Part shown: piece by piece, positions 1 to 9,743 of the stretch
Position numbering within the stretch: position 1 is the stretch's first letter
Layout of the letters: each line of letters starts with the position of its first letter
Assembly: GCA_022710505.1 (NCBI GenBank)
Contig: JAKLGS010000001.1
Location: 1 to 30,919 of the forward strand
Length of the DNA stretch: 30,919 nucleotides
Reading direction: 5' to 3'
Source of the DNA: Patescibacteria group bacterium
GTDB lineage: Bacteria; Patescibacteriota; WWE3; UBA101185; UBA10185
Made by a program: the position numbers and the translations under genes
Notes under the pieces: model-generated
What the model saw: only the letters and a program-made list of their open reading frames with translations
Database searches by the model: none
Told to the model about the DNA's origin: nothing

Positions 1-26
1 ATTAAAAGAAAATTAATTAAATAAAA

Positions 27-284
27 ATGGCATACAAAAAAGATAAAAAACCAAGAAGAGAAAAGAAAATTATTGTAGCTAAAAACTGTTATTTTACTGA
101 AACCGGTACTAAACCCGATTACAAAGAAATATTAGTTTTAAGAAGATTTATAAATGAAAGAGGAAAAATTCTTCCTCAAAAATACAGTGGTCTGACTGCT
201 AAAAACCAAAGACTATTAGCACTTGAGGTCAAAAAAGCGCGATATATGGGACTTTTGCCATATACCGATAGACATGCGCTTTAG
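27..284 (+). CDS. rpsR: 30S ribosomal protein S18
   Basis: DYKEILVLRRFINERGKILP..GLTAKNQRLLALEVKKARYMGLLPY matches the S18 pattern. Confidence 0.97.
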   Translation: MAYKKDKKPRREKKIIVAKNCYFTETGTKPDYKEILVLRRFINERGKILPQKYSGLTAKNQRLLALEVKKARYMGLLPYTDRHAL

Positions 285-303
285 TCATTGATATCATATA
301 AAC

Positions 304-1329
304 ATGGCTCTAATAACTGCTCACTTTGATGTTTCAGGTATTGATTTCCTGATTAAAAAAACCAAAAAAAACACAGAATTTTTTAATTTTCCTTATGTTT
401 ATACCAAAGGAATTTTTGGTAATCAGTGCGATCAAAAACAGTTTTATTCAAACATAGTAGAGAAGGTTATGTCCGATAGAGAGATAAAAAATCCTTCCTG
501 CGATGTATTAACATGTGGTTTTCCCGATTCTCCTGAATTAAACCTTAAAACTAAATATTCCGTGAAAACCTTAGATTTGATAGAAAGTTCTGAAGGTATC
601 GTACCTGTTTTTATAAATAATAAAGTTTTCCTAACTAAGGGTATGATGTGTTCTTACGAATTGGATGAGGATGAAGATTTTTTAGGAAATGAAAATGACC
701 TTGGGGAGTTTGATCAGATTGCAAATCTAAATGCATACCCCCAAACAACTCCTGATGATTTATCCTCACAGGTTAGTCTTGATTCAAAAATTTGTGAAAA
801 GATACCGGAGAGATTTCGTTTTGAATCAGGAAGGAAGATAGTTTTTACGGGAGGAAGATTTACCCAAAAGATTTTAAATCCAGAGTTAAACTACATTTTG
901 ATTTTAGAGGCTTTGCGTGGCCTGGGAGTCTTCAATGTTTATTTGGATTCTTCTAATGCTTACTCCTTGTTAAGAACAGTGCAAATGTATGATAGAAGTT
1001 TAGTTCCTGATATTGAGAGTTTTTTCGATACTTCAGGTTTTTTTATACGTACAGGCGGTTCTTGCGAATGTTTAATTAACAATGGTTTGGGAGATGATAA
1101 GTTTATAGAAATCGAAGATAACAAGGTTTTTATATACCCTTTTAGAAGTGATACTCCTGCTAGATTATCAATAAAAAGCCGGGAGTTGGGTACGATTGAT
1201 GTACATACCAACGGAGGCTCTTTAGGCATAGTGTTTGACACCAGAGCACCGGGGGATAGTATATACGACGATGTTAAGTTACTAAATGAAAGTGTAAAAC
1301 AATTTGAAAATGTTTTAAAGGATAGGTGA
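304..1329 (+). CDS. Conserved hypothetical protein, divergent GlmL/MutL (glutamate mutase L)-like
   Basis: 341-aa ORF; C-terminal GGSLGIVFDTR resembles the GlmL-like C-terminus; paired with the typical downstream partner. Recalled similarity only. Confidence 0.45.
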   Translation: MALITAHFDVSGIDFLIKKTKKNTEFFNFPYVYTKGIFGNQCDQKQFYSNIVEKVMSDREIKNPSCDVLTCGFPDSPELNLKTKYSVKTLDLIESSEGIVPVFINNKVFLTKGMMCSYELDEDEDFLGNENDLGEFDQIANLNAYPQTTPDDLSSQVSLDSKICEKIPERFRFESGRKIVFTGGRFTQKILNPELNYILILEALRGLGVFNVYLDSSNAYSLLRTVQMYDRSLVPDIESFFDTSGFFIRTGGSCECLINNGLGDDKFIEIEDNKVFIYPFRSDTPARLSIKSRELGTIDVHTNGGSLGIVFDTRAPGDSIYDDVKLLNESVKQFENVLKDR

Positions 1330-1330
1330 T

Positions 1331-2344
1331 ATGTTGGTACCTGTTGCAAGAAAAATAATGGATAATAGAAAATGTTTTATAGAAAGGGTTTTTCCTGTAG
1401 AGGGGGTGTGGGATGTTAAGATAGGCGATTTTGTAGAGCCGTTCAGTCGTCTTGGAAGCTGTGTTTTTTCACAAAATAAAATGACTTTGCCATCCGATTT
1501 TAAACCCCGTGACATCAAAGGTACTGAAAAGTTTTTTTATGTTGATACACTTCTAGGTAACGTTAAAAAAGAAAAAATCTTTGCTCCGTACGATGGTACA
1601 CTTAAGAAATTAGAAGATAAAAAATATGTTTACGAAGAAAATCCAAGAAAATACTTTTTGCTTTCAGGAGTGTGGGGCACTGTAAAGTCGTTATATGGTA
1701 AATCCTCTGCATTGATAGAAACACAGTCTAAGGATATTTCTTTTACTTACAGCACTGAGTTTCATTCATCGGGGGAGTTAGTGGTTTTTCCTAATCCTTC
1801 GGATATTTTGAAAAAATCCTATTTGGAGAATTTTGTTAAAGGTATAAAAGGCAAAATTATATACATTGGCAATCACGTAGGGTTGGAGGTTGTTAAAAGG
1901 GCTTATGAACTTGGTGCTTCTGCTGTCATTGTAGGAAGCTGCCATACGGATGTCTTTAATTTTGCTAATAACAATGGTTTTTCATTCGGTGTTTTTTCAG
2001 GATTTGGGAATATCAGGACTCCTGAAGAAATATATAAGTATTTAAGTTCCGTTTCTTATAGATATGTTTTTTTTGAGGGAGCTAAAAATATTTTAAGAAT
2101 ACCGGTAAGAGAAGAGGACATGAAGATCTTGAATAAAAAGGAAAAGATAACCGATATAAATATTATTAATCCTGAATATGTTAAAAATGTCGAACCGGGA
2201 ATGAGGGTACAGGCTCTGCAAAGACCGTATTTTGGTTGGTTCGGGGTAGTTGACAGGGTTTCTGAATTTAGTATATTTGTTAAGTTCGGTTCAGATGAAA
2301 GAACCGTGGAAATTAGGTTGCCGAATTTTCTGATTATTGAATAA
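1331..2344 (+). CDS. Conserved hypothetical protein with barrel-sandwich-hybrid-like N-terminus and KOW/SH3-like C-terminus
   Basis: ERVFPVEGVWDVKIGDFVEP at the N-terminus and VEPGMRVQALQRPYFGWFGVV at the C-terminus; starts 2 nt after the upstream stop. Confidence 0.55.
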   Translation: MLVPVARKIMDNRKCFIERVFPVEGVWDVKIGDFVEPFSRLGSCVFSQNKMTLPSDFKPRDIKGTEKFFYVDTLLGNVKKEKIFAPYDGTLKKLEDKKYVYEENPRKYFLLSGVWGTVKSLYGKSSALIETQSKDISFTYSTEFHSSGELVVFPNPSDILKKSYLENFVKGIKGKIIYIGNHVGLEVVKRAYELGASAVIVGSCHTDVFNFANNNGFSFGVFSGFGNIRTPEEIYKYLSSVSYRYVFFEGAKNILRIPVREEDMKILNKKEKITDINIINPEYVKNVEPGMRVQALQRPYFGWFGVVDRVSEFSIFVKFGSDERTVEIRLPNFLIIE

Positions 2345-2347
2345 AAA

Positions 2348-3562
2348 ATGAAATTCCAGAAATTTCAAAGAATTTTAATAACATTTTTAATAGCTGTAAG
2401 CTTTTTTTATGGTGGATATTACTTTGGAAAAAGAGGTTTTGTTTTTGAAGTTAGAAAAAACCCTCCACAAATAGAAATTACCAACAAACTACCCGCTAAC
2501 GGAGAATTGGATTTTTCCTTATTCTGGGAGGTCTGGGACATGCTAAATACCACTTATTTAGAAAGACCTATTGATCAGAAAGCTATGATGTATGGTGCTA
2601 TTTCGGGGATGGTACAAGCCTTGGGTGATCCCTATACTTCTTTTTTACCTCCGGCAGTAAATGAGAGTTTTATGGATTCTATGGGAGGAAAATATGAAGG
2701 AATTGGAGCCGAGCTAAGTATAAAAGATGGCAATTTAATAATCGTTTCACCATTTGATGGCTCTCCAGCAAAAAATGCCGGTGCCAGACCTGGAGATAAA
2801 ATTTTACAAATTGAACAAACAAGCACAGCCGGAATGAGTACAAGTGAGGCGGTTGCTTTGATTAGAGGAGACTCAGGAACTACAGTAAAATTAGTTCTAC
2901 AGACCGGAAATAGCGATCCGAGGGAAGTTACTATCACAAGAGGTGTGATAACTGTTGCAAGTGTTACATGGGAAGATAAAGGTGACGGTACCGCATATAT
3001 TAGAATAAGTAGATTTGGTACTGATACTAACAACGAGTGGGATAAAGCAGTTTCGGAATTAAATGTAAAAATGGAAGAGTTGGATGCTGTGATTGTAGAT
3101 GTTAGAGGAAATCCCGGAGGTTATCTGGAATCAGCAGTTCATATTAGCGAAGACTTTTTTAGAGGAAAGACAGTTTTATATGAAGAAACATCGGTAGGTA
3201 AACAAATTCCGTTTGAAACATCTAAAGTTGGAGTTTTTAAAGACGTTCCGGCGGTATTCGTACTTATTGACCAGGGAAGTGCTTCCGCTTCAGAAATATT
3301 AGCCGCTGCCCTTAAAGATAATATTGGGGCAAAATTAATAGGGGCTAAATCTTTTGGAAAGGGAACTATTCAAGATGCAAAAGATTTTAAGGATGGATCG
3401 GGTATTCACATAACAATAGCCAAATGGCTCACACCAAATAAAGTTTGGGTTCACGGAAAGGGTATAGAACCCGATGTACCTGTTGAAATAACAGATGAAG
3501 ATTTGAATAACCAAATAGATTCCCAGCTTAATAAGGCAATTGAAATGGCTAAAGAGTTTTAA
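2348..3562 (+). CDS. ctpA: S41A C-terminal processing protease with PDZ domain
   Basis: N-terminal TM; LGDPYT, GIGAEL (PDZ), DVRGNPGG, GSASASEI, SFGKGTIQ motifs. Confidence 0.95.
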   Translation: MKFQKFQRILITFLIAVSFFYGGYYFGKRGFVFEVRKNPPQIEITNKLPANGELDFSLFWEVWDMLNTTYLERPIDQKAMMYGAISGMVQALGDPYTSFLPPAVNESFMDSMGGKYEGIGAELSIKDGNLIIVSPFDGSPAKNAGARPGDKILQIEQTSTAGMSTSEAVALIRGDSGTTVKLVLQTGNSDPREVTITRGVITVASVTWEDKGDGTAYIRISRFGTDTNNEWDKAVSELNVKMEELDAVIVDVRGNPGGYLESAVHISEDFFRGKTVLYEETSVGKQIPFETSKVGVFKDVPAVFVLIDQGSASASEILAAALKDNIGAKLIGAKSFGKGTIQDAKDFKDGSGIHITIAKWLTPNKVWVHGKGIEPDVPVEITDEDLNNQIDSQLNKAIEMAKEF

Positions 3563-3633
3563 ACTTATCAGCGTCTGTCAGAAAATTTGTTAAATAATCC
3601 CTTAAATTACTTTTACTAGAAAGGCAAGAAATT

Positions 3634-4602
3634 TTAATTTTCCAAGTTTTTTTCCATCTCAACGGTTGTATCTTTTAATATATTATCTATTTCCCCATTC
3701 ATAACTTTATCTATACTGTGCCATGTTTTATTTATTCTGTGGTCTGTGATTCTATCCTGAGGAAAGTTATATGTCCTAATTTTTTCACTTCTTTCGGCAG
3801 AACCCACTTGAGATGATCTTAAATCAGTAATATTTTTAACACTTTGTTCCTGCATCTGGGTATAAAGCTTGGAATGAAGCAACTGCAGTGCTTTCTCCCT
3901 GTTTTTACCCTGATATCTTTCTTCTTGGCATTCAACTATTGTGCCTGTAGGAATGTGCGTCAGTCTAACTGCTGTCGATACTTTGTTCACATTTTGTCCT
4001 CCTTTTCCGCCTGATCTGAAAAAATCCCATTTTAAATCTTCCGGTTTAATCTCAATATCTATTTTTTTAATTTTAGGTAAGACTGCTACGGTTGCAGTAG
4101 ATGTGTGAATCCTTCCAGCCGCTTCAGTAACTGGAACTCTTTGAACTCTGTGTACTCCTGATTCATATTTTAATAAATTATATATATTATTACCTTTTAT
4201 TTCTGCAATTAGGGTTTTAATACCCCCAGCTTCATTTTCATTAACGAAATCCTCACTTATTTTCCATTTATTTTTTTCACCATATCGTGAATACATTCTA
4301 TATAAATCACGTGCGAAAAGACCTGCTTCATCACCACCGGTACCCGATCTTATTTCTAGCATTATCGTATTTGGGTCTATATCAGTGTTACCTTCGCTTT
4401 CACCGTTGTTGTCAGATCCATCAAAAACAGTTTCATTATAGATAGATTCCTCAAAATCTTTTTTTTGCTTTTCCAAATCCAATATCTCTTTCTCAATTAG
4501 CGACTTCATATCATCGTTTGTTTCTTTTTGTAAAACTTCCTTGTTTATTTGAATCTCCTTTTCAATTTTTTCTATTTCGATTTTTAAATAATCTTGATTC
4601 AT
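3634..4602 (-). CDS. prfA: Peptide chain release factor 1 (N-terminally short form)
   Basis: [22 protein letters not shown] (PxT), [21 protein letters not shown]. Confidence 0.97.
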   Translation of the reverse strand: MNQDYLKIEIEKIEKEIQINKEVLQKETNDDMKSLIEKEILDLEKQKKDFEESIYNETVFDGSDNNGESEGNTDIDPNTIMLEIRSGTGGDEAGLFARDLYRMYSRYGEKNKWKISEDFVNENEAGGIKTLIAEIKGNNIYNLLKYESGVHRVQRVPVTEAAGRIHTSTATVAVLPKIKKIDIEIKPEDLKWDFFRSGGKGGQNVNKVSTAVRLTHIPTGTIVECQEERYQGKNREKALQLLHSKLYTQMQEQSVKNITDLRSSQVGSAERSEKIRTYNFPQDRITDHRINKTWHSIDKVMNGEIDNILKDTTVEMEKNLEN

Positions 4603-4682
4603 ATTTTGTAAGAAAATAGGTACAACATAATTATATAACTAAAAAAATCGGAAATTTTAATACTATTGGTTGAGTTAGTAAT

Positions 4683-5036
4683 CTACTCTGAATCTTCTTT
4701 TTTTGCTGATTTTTCTTCTTCGGCTTTAGCTTTTTGCAACATTTCTTTTAACGATACTTCTTTGTATTCTTCTGAACCTTTGTTCTTGGATTTTTTAACC
4801 GATTTCATCTCTTCCGCAACTTTCTTTTTTTCTTCAGCAACCTTTAGTCTTCTTGAAAATTTGTCTATTCTTCCTTCTGTATCAACAAATTTAGATTGTC
4901 CTGTGTAAAAAGGATGACACGCACTGCATATTTCAACTGTTATTGATGGTAGAGTAGAGATAGTAGTAAAGGTGTTACCACAAGCGCATGTAACCACGCA
5001 CTCTTTATTCAATTTTGGATGAATATCCTTTTTCAT
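4683..5036 (-). CDS. rpmE: 50S ribosomal protein L31 (zinc-binding type) with Lys/Glu-rich tail; start moved to ATG 5036
   Basis: MKKDIHP...CACG...[26 protein letters not shown]; the longer track ORF overlaps the EamA gene. Confidence 0.95.
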   Translation of the reverse strand: MKKDIHPKLNKECVVTCACGNTFTTISTLPSITVEICSACHPFYTGQSKFVDTEGRIDKFSRRLKVAEEKKKVAEEMKSVKKSKNKGSEEYKEVSLKEMLQKAKAEEEKSAKKEDSE

Positions 5037-5079
5037 AACGCTAAGGAGTATAACAGGATTTTTTTTATTCAACAAGTCC

Positions 5080-6075
5080 TTAATCTTTATTGTTTTTAAT
5101 TTCCGCGATATACACTCCGAGAGCAATGAAAACAGATCCAGCAATGACGAATTTATTGGGTATTTCACCTAAAATTACATATGCTACCGGTAACGTGAAC
5201 AAAGGGCTTAGATAATGAAAAAAGGCTATGTCAGACACTTTTACGGATTTTATGGCTTTCTGGTAGCTGATATAGGCTACAATTGATGAAAATAATGCCA
5301 TATATAAAAGTCCTATGACTGCCTCAAAACCCATTTGGCTTAAATTGAAAATTTGATTATTTCCGAAGGAACCCATCATTTCGAATACAGCCATAGGAGC
5401 TATTGTAAAAAGTCCCACATACATCGATATTGCTATTAAGAGAGTAGGTGGATACTCCTTAGTCATAGGTTTAATTTTAATAAAACCAAGTGTTTTTTCT
5501 AAAATCTTTGATCTTTCTCCCATACTCATCTTTGACCAAACTATATATGTAACCCAAAAAAAGTTATAGATAAGTATTAGCGTGTTTCCAAAAATCCTTT
5601 CTAGTATATTGATGTTTTGAGATTGTGAGAATAAGGGCTCTATGACAACTACCAACGTTCCTAAGGATGCAAGCCAAAGTCCGATTTTTAAATCTTTATG
5701 AATCTTTTCATTATAAAAGTAATGACCGGCTATTACAGATAATATAGATCCTAAAATTCCTATGATAGCGTTGTCAGTAGCTGTAGTGTATTTTAATCCA
5801 ATAAAAATGAGACCCAGAGATGTTTGTGAAAATATGCCTAATAATATTAAATTGAAATAATCTTTGTGATGAATTTTAACCTTTTGAATTTCGTAAATTG
5901 TGTAGGGTAGAAGTACTATACAAACGATAAGAAATCTTAAAAATAAAAAGGTAAGTGCGGGTATGTATTCCAGAGTATTTTTAATTACGGGTCCTGCGGC
6001 CGCCCAAAGAAATGTTGCTGTTACAAGTAGAATATATCCTGTTGGCAGTTTCTTGGGCAGTTTGTTTTTTTTCAT
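5080..6075 (-). CDS. DMT/EamA family transporter
   Basis: About ten hydrophobic segments in two EamA-like repeats ([13 protein letters not shown]; [17 protein letters not shown]). Confidence 0.9.
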   Translation of the reverse strand: MKKNKLPKKLPTGYILLVTATFLWAAAGPVIKNTLEYIPALTFLFLRFLIVCIVLLPYTIYEIQKVKIHHKDYFNLILLGIFSQTSLGLIFIGLKYTTATDNAIIGILGSILSVIAGHYFYNEKIHKDLKIGLWLASLGTLVVVIEPLFSQSQNINILERIFGNTLILIYNFFWVTYIVWSKMSMGERSKILEKTLGFIKIKPMTKEYPPTLLIAISMYVGLFTIAPMAVFEMMGSFGNNQIFNLSQMGFEAVIGLLYMALFSSIVAYISYQKAIKSVKVSDIAFFHYLSPLFTLPVAYVILGEIPNKFVIAGSVFIALGVYIAEIKNNKD

Positions 6076-7364
6076 TAAAAATCCTCGAGCTTTATTTCAG
6101 ATTGACTTTTTTCTTTCATATTTTTAACTAGAAGAGTGTCATTTTTTAGTTCGTTTTCACCTACAATAATAGTAAAATCTGCTCCTATCTTGTCCGCATA
6201 TTTTAATTGCTTATCTATTTTAGTGTTTTTTTCTAACCACGTTGAGACTTTAAAACCTTTCTCTCTTAGTTTCTTTGAAATTTCAAGTGTTTTCAAAATA
6301 AATTGTTGGTTTTCAGAAGGCCACAAGGTTACAAAATAATCAATTTCATCATTAAATTCAGGTAACAGACCCCATGTTTGAAGGAAATCTGTAAATGTAA
6401 TATCTCCGATGGCAAAACCTGTTCCCGTTAGTTTTTCATTACCAAAGAGACCTATCAAATCGTCATACCTACCCCCGCCGCCGATAGCTCTTGAGTTTAT
6501 GGGATTAAGATCGAATATTTCAAAAACAGTACCGGTGTAATAATCAAGACCTCTTATTGTGGACACGTCTATTCTTATAAAATCATTTAAGTTTGTTTCA
6601 TTTATTAAATTCATTAATTCAGTTAATTCTAAAGCTCCTTCATATTTCTCATCGCACATTGAATTAATAGTGGGGTAGGGGTTTTCTATAAAATCACTTA
6701 AATTGGTTATTTGCTTGGATTGTAGTTTTGCATCTTCGGATAGCCATTTTTCAAACTCTTCCTCAGATATTTTATTTCTTTTATCTATTGCTTTATTAAC
6801 AATTTTTATTTGCCCGACCTCGAGACCTAATTTCTTATAAAAATTATCCATTAACTTTCGATTATTAATTCTTATCTCAAACATGTTTTCTTTCGCGCCG
6901 AAGCTTTTTATCAAATCAGCCATTAGGGAGATAATTTCAAGATCGGCTTCGCGTCCTTCAACCCCAAAAATGTCAGTATTTAATTGAAAAAATTCTCTCC
7001 CTCTGCCTCTTTGAGGTTTCTCATATCTCCAAAAGTTTGCGATTGAGAACCATCTGATAGGTCGTGGAAGCTCGTTTATTTTTTGCGCGATCATTCTAGC
7101 GAGTGTTGGTGTCATTTCAGGCCTGATGGCTATTTTTCTGTCACCTCTGTCCGTAAAACTGTACAGCTGTTCGTTTACCAATTCTTCTCCTGATTTTGCC
7201 GCGTAAACCTCAAAACTTTCCAAAAAAGGACCGTCGTATTCTTCGTATCCATAGGATTTACAGACCTTTTTCCAGTTATCAAATATGAAGTTTCTAATCT
7301 TCATATCAGAAGGATAAAAGTCTCTTGAACCTTTATATGGTTGTGTACTTAGTTTGTTTGTCAT
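6075..7364 (-). CDS. hisS: Histidine--tRNA ligase
   Basis: KGSRDF, IRPEMTPTLAR, WRYEKPQRGRGREFFQ, RGLDYYTG, GGGRYD plus anticodon-binding domain. Confidence 0.97.
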   Translation of the reverse strand: MTNKLSTQPYKGSRDFYPSDMKIRNFIFDNWKKVCKSYGYEEYDGPFLESFEVYAAKSGEELVNEQLYSFTDRGDRKIAIRPEMTPTLARMIAQKINELPRPIRWFSIANFWRYEKPQRGRGREFFQLNTDIFGVEGREADLEIISLMADLIKSFGAKENMFEIRINNRKLMDNFYKKLGLEVGQIKIVNKAIDKRNKISEEEFEKWLSEDAKLQSKQITNLSDFIENPYPTINSMCDEKYEGALELTELMNLINETNLNDFIRIDVSTIRGLDYYTGTVFEIFDLNPINSRAIGGGGRYDDLIGLFGNEKLTGTGFAIGDITFTDFLQTWGLLPEFNDEIDYFVTLWPSENQQFILKTLEISKKLREKGFKVSTWLEKNTKIDKQLKYADKIGADFTIIVGENELKNDTLLVKNMKEKSQSEIKLEDF

Positions 7365-7416
7365 ACATTGTCATTCCCAGAATTAATTTCCGGTTTTAAT
7401 TTATAAATATTATACA

Positions 7417-7749
7417 TTAGTACCCGAAATTATCTAAGTTATAAGAATCTACATACGTTTGTAAGGCTCTCACAAAGTAAAAGTTAATTATAAAAAGAAT
7501 GATAATCATAACAATTGAGATATAAAGAACATTAAATGCTACCTTTCTTTTATCGGTGTTCTCGCTTCTAAAATACTTAAAAAACCAATACAAACCAAAT
7601 GGTGCTAATAAAACACTTAGAATATATATTTTAAGTTTTCGGGCAGTTGAAAAGGGGAGATCTTTATCAGGTAGTTTATTTCCACAGTTTGGGCAAAATT
7701 TATCAGTTAAGTCAATTTCTGTATTGCAAAAAGGGCATTTTTCTTTCAT
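7417..7749 (-). CDS. Zinc-ribbon membrane protein
   Basis: CPFC..FCPNCG double zinc ribbon followed by two TM segments. Confidence 0.75.
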   Translation of the reverse strand: MKEKCPFCNTEIDLTDKFCPNCGNKLPDKDLPFSTARKLKIYILSVLLAPFGLYWFFKYFRSENTDKRKVAFNVLYISIVMIIILFIINFYFVRALQTYVDSYNLDNFGY

Positions 7750-7840
7750 GAGTAAATGTTACACCAATTTAAATTTAATTTAACTTTTTAATGGTGGTGC
7801 TGACTTGACTTAGTAAACGTTTACGTGAAAGAATCAAATT

Positions 7841-7960
7841 GTGTTCGAGAAATTTAAAAAATTTTCATTAATAATAGATTTATTATTTGGCTTGGTGGTG
7901 CTGGTGATTATTGGAGTAAGCGTTTATATTATTGTGTCTTTGAAAAAGGAAGGTTTCTAG
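7841..7960 (+). CDS. 39-aa single-TM small protein (not in ORF track)
   Basis: GTG start; MFEKFKKFSLIIDLLFGLVVLVIIGVSVYIIVSLKKEGF*; followed by the hairpin at 8007-8037. Confidence 0.5.
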   Translation: MFEKFKKFSLIIDLLFGLVVLVIIGVSVYIIVSLKKEGF

Positions 7961-8006
7961 TTTTTTAGTAGGGTGGTGACAAATTTCTTTTAAATGTAAA
8001 AAATAA

Positions 8007-8037
8007 AGGCACTGTTTTTTTAAATTATACAGTGCCT
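8007..8037. terminator. Probable bidirectional terminator hairpin
   Basis: AGGCACTGT / ACAGTGCCT 9-bp inverted repeat between convergent small ORFs. Confidence 0.6.
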
Positions 8038-8043
8038 ATTTAT

Positions 8044-8208
8044 TTACTCGATACTTTTATAGAAAATTAGCAAATATATCGAACCGTCGCAGACAAAAAA
8101 TTGCTTATCAGTGGTAATTATTTTTCCTTCATTTTGTTTGAACCATGTATTTGCTTTATCTTCTACTGTTTTTGAGTAACTATCCTCAAATATTTTGACT
8201 TGTTCCAC
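8044..8208 (-). CDS. 54-aa Cse60-like small protein (not in ORF track)
   Basis: AGGAG 5 nt before GTG; MEQVKIFEDSYSKTVEDKANTWFKQNEGKIITTDKQFFVCDGSIYLLIFYKSIE*; resembles 11199-11390. Confidence 0.65.
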   Translation of the reverse strand: MEQVKIFEDSYSKTVEDKANTWFKQNEGKIITTDKQFFVCDGSIYLLIFYKSIE

Positions 8209-8302
8209 ATTCTCTCCTTTTTTTAGTCTTGATTTCGACGATTATAACTCAAAATAATTGAGATTTATAGAATGTTTTGATTGTGTGTTATTATTCTCAC
8301 AT

Positions 8303-8773
8303 ATGAGAAATTTTAATCAACAAGATAGGTCGGGTTCTGGAAGAGATTTCGGTCGTAGGGATTTTGGAAAAAGAGATTTCCGTGATCGTGGAGAAAGAAG
8401 AGAAATGTTTAGAGCTGTTTGTTCGGAATGTGGAAAAGATTGTGAAATTCCTTTTGAACCAAGAGATGGAAGACCGGTTTATTGCAGTGATTGTTTTGAA
8501 AAAAAGGAAGGTGGTTCAAGAGCTCCGAGAGAATCTCATGACAGGGGTCCAAGAAGACCTAATTTTGAAAGAAAAGAAGCACCAGCAATCCAAAACAACG
8601 CTCAATTACAAGAAATCAGTATTAAACTGGATAAGATATTAGCGGCTTTAACAGCTTCAAATCTGAATAAAGAGGTTGAGAAAAAAGTAGTCGTAGAAGA
8701 AAAGAAGGAACCGAAAGCTGAGAAAAAAATAGTTAAGGCAACGAAAAAGAAACCAGCGGCTTCTAAAAAATAA
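8303..8773 (+). CDS. CxxC-x17-CxxC domain protein
   Basis: REMFRAVCSECGKDCEIPFEPRDGRPVYCSDCF; Arg/Gly-rich N-terminus, Lys-rich C-terminus; ATG 8303 preferred. Confidence 0.9.
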   Translation: MRNFNQQDRSGSGRDFGRRDFGKRDFRDRGERREMFRAVCSECGKDCEIPFEPRDGRPVYCSDCFEKKEGGSRAPRESHDRGPRRPNFERKEAPAIQNNAQLQEISIKLDKILAALTASNLNKEVEKKVVVEEKKEPKAEKKIVKATKKKPAASKK

Positions 8774-8849
8774 TCTTATTGGATAAGGTATTTTTAATCC
8801 TCGTATTTAGAGTTTTCTATAAAGAGTAGTTAAGTTGCACGTGTGTTAG

Positions 8850-8858
8850 TGCTATAAT
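8850..8858 (+). promoter_or_regulatory. Extended -10 promoter element upstream of the deaminase gene
   Basis: TGcTATAAT; SD AGGAG at 8890-8894. Confidence 0.5.
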
Positions 8859-8899
8859 CTCAATTAATTAAACTCAAGAAATATGTGAGAGGAGATAAA

Positions 8900-9412
8900 A
8901 TGAGTGAGAATACCGATAGACCCACATGGGATGAATTTTGGTTCCAAGTAGCTTTGATTTATTCTACCAGAGCAACTTGTGATCGGTTACGAACGGCAAC
9001 AGTGATAGTAAAAAATAACAGACAGATTGGGGCTGGTTACAACGGTTCGGTTCCAGGGGGAGATCATTGTGATGATGTTGGGCATTTTTTGATAAATAAT
9101 CATTGCGAAAGAACACTCCACGGAGAGCAAAATGCCATTATAAACTCTACAAGAGAAGGTCTTCATGGTTCGACAGCATATATTCTTGGTACCCCCTGTG
9201 TCAGGTGTTTTAAGGAGTTAGTTGCTGCAGGGGTAATTGAGATAAAATGTTTGGGAACTTATGAAAATAGTCTAGGAAAAGATTTTATCCTTGAGTTAGT
9301 GAAAGAGACCGGTGTAAAAATAGAGTTTTTTGAATTTGACCCCCGCGAATTAATTGAAAGTGAGATAAGAGCTTTGGATAGAAGGGGAGGTAGGTTGTAC
9401 AAAGAAGATTGA
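8900..9412 (+). CDS. dCMP deaminase / ComEB-family zinc deaminase
   Basis: RPTWDE, RATCDR, GYNG, HGEQNAI, PCVRC; ATG 8900 follows AGGAG. Confidence 0.92.
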   Translation: MSENTDRPTWDEFWFQVALIYSTRATCDRLRTATVIVKNNRQIGAGYNGSVPGGDHCDDVGHFLINNHCERTLHGEQNAIINSTREGLHGSTAYILGTPCVRCFKELVAAGVIEIKCLGTYENSLGKDFILELVKETGVKIEFFEFDPRELIESEIRALDRRGGRLYKED

Positions 9413-9425
9413 GGCAAAAAAAAAC

Positions 9426-9459
9426 GCCCGAGAAATTTTTATAAACTTCTCGGGCTTTT
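9426..9459. terminator. Bidirectional terminator
   Basis: GCCCGAGAA / TTCTCGGGC stem flanked by an A-run and a T-run between convergent genes. Confidence 0.75.
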
Positions 9460-9466
9460 GTAAATA

Positions 9467-9727
9467 CTATTTGGGGGTTGTACTAGTTAAGATGAAAAAC
9501 CATCTTAGAACTAATAACATTACCCCTCCTGTCAGAACGTATCTTATATACGTTCCGATTTTTTTTACTCCGATTGACCATCCGTATAACCAAAAGAATT
9601 TTCCCCAGGTTTTGTTTTCCCTGAGCTCTTCCCTTTTAGTTTCTAGCCGGTCAATTTTTTGATTCATTAGAACCCATATTATTACTGGTCCTATATAAAT
9701 CAACACCCTTCCAAGAAAAGTAAACAT
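9467..9727 (-). CDS. Small two-TM membrane protein
   Basis: 86 aa; AGGAG SD; directly downstream of the SPFH gene. Confidence 0.65.
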   Translation of the reverse strand: MFTFLGRVLIYIGPVIIWVLMNQKIDRLETKREELRENKTWGKFFWLYGWSIGVKKIGTYIRYVLTGGVMLLVLRWFFILTSTTPK

Positions 9728-9743
9728 ATCATTCTCCTTGTTT

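Noticed and set aside
960-1518. Antisense track ORFs (also 2632-3033, 4666-4908, 6136-6339, 20017-20563, 22713-23012, 25822-26010, 26413-26604, 28175-28420 and similar)
   Set aside because: They lie opposite or inside well-supported genes and have no recognisable motifs.
3634-4602. Short RF1 as a truncation or pseudogene
   Set aside because: All catalytic and recognition motifs are present; only the variable N-terminal region is short.
5037-5168. N-terminal extension of the L31 ORF
   Set aside because: Overlaps the EamA 3' end; L31 homology begins at ATG 5036.
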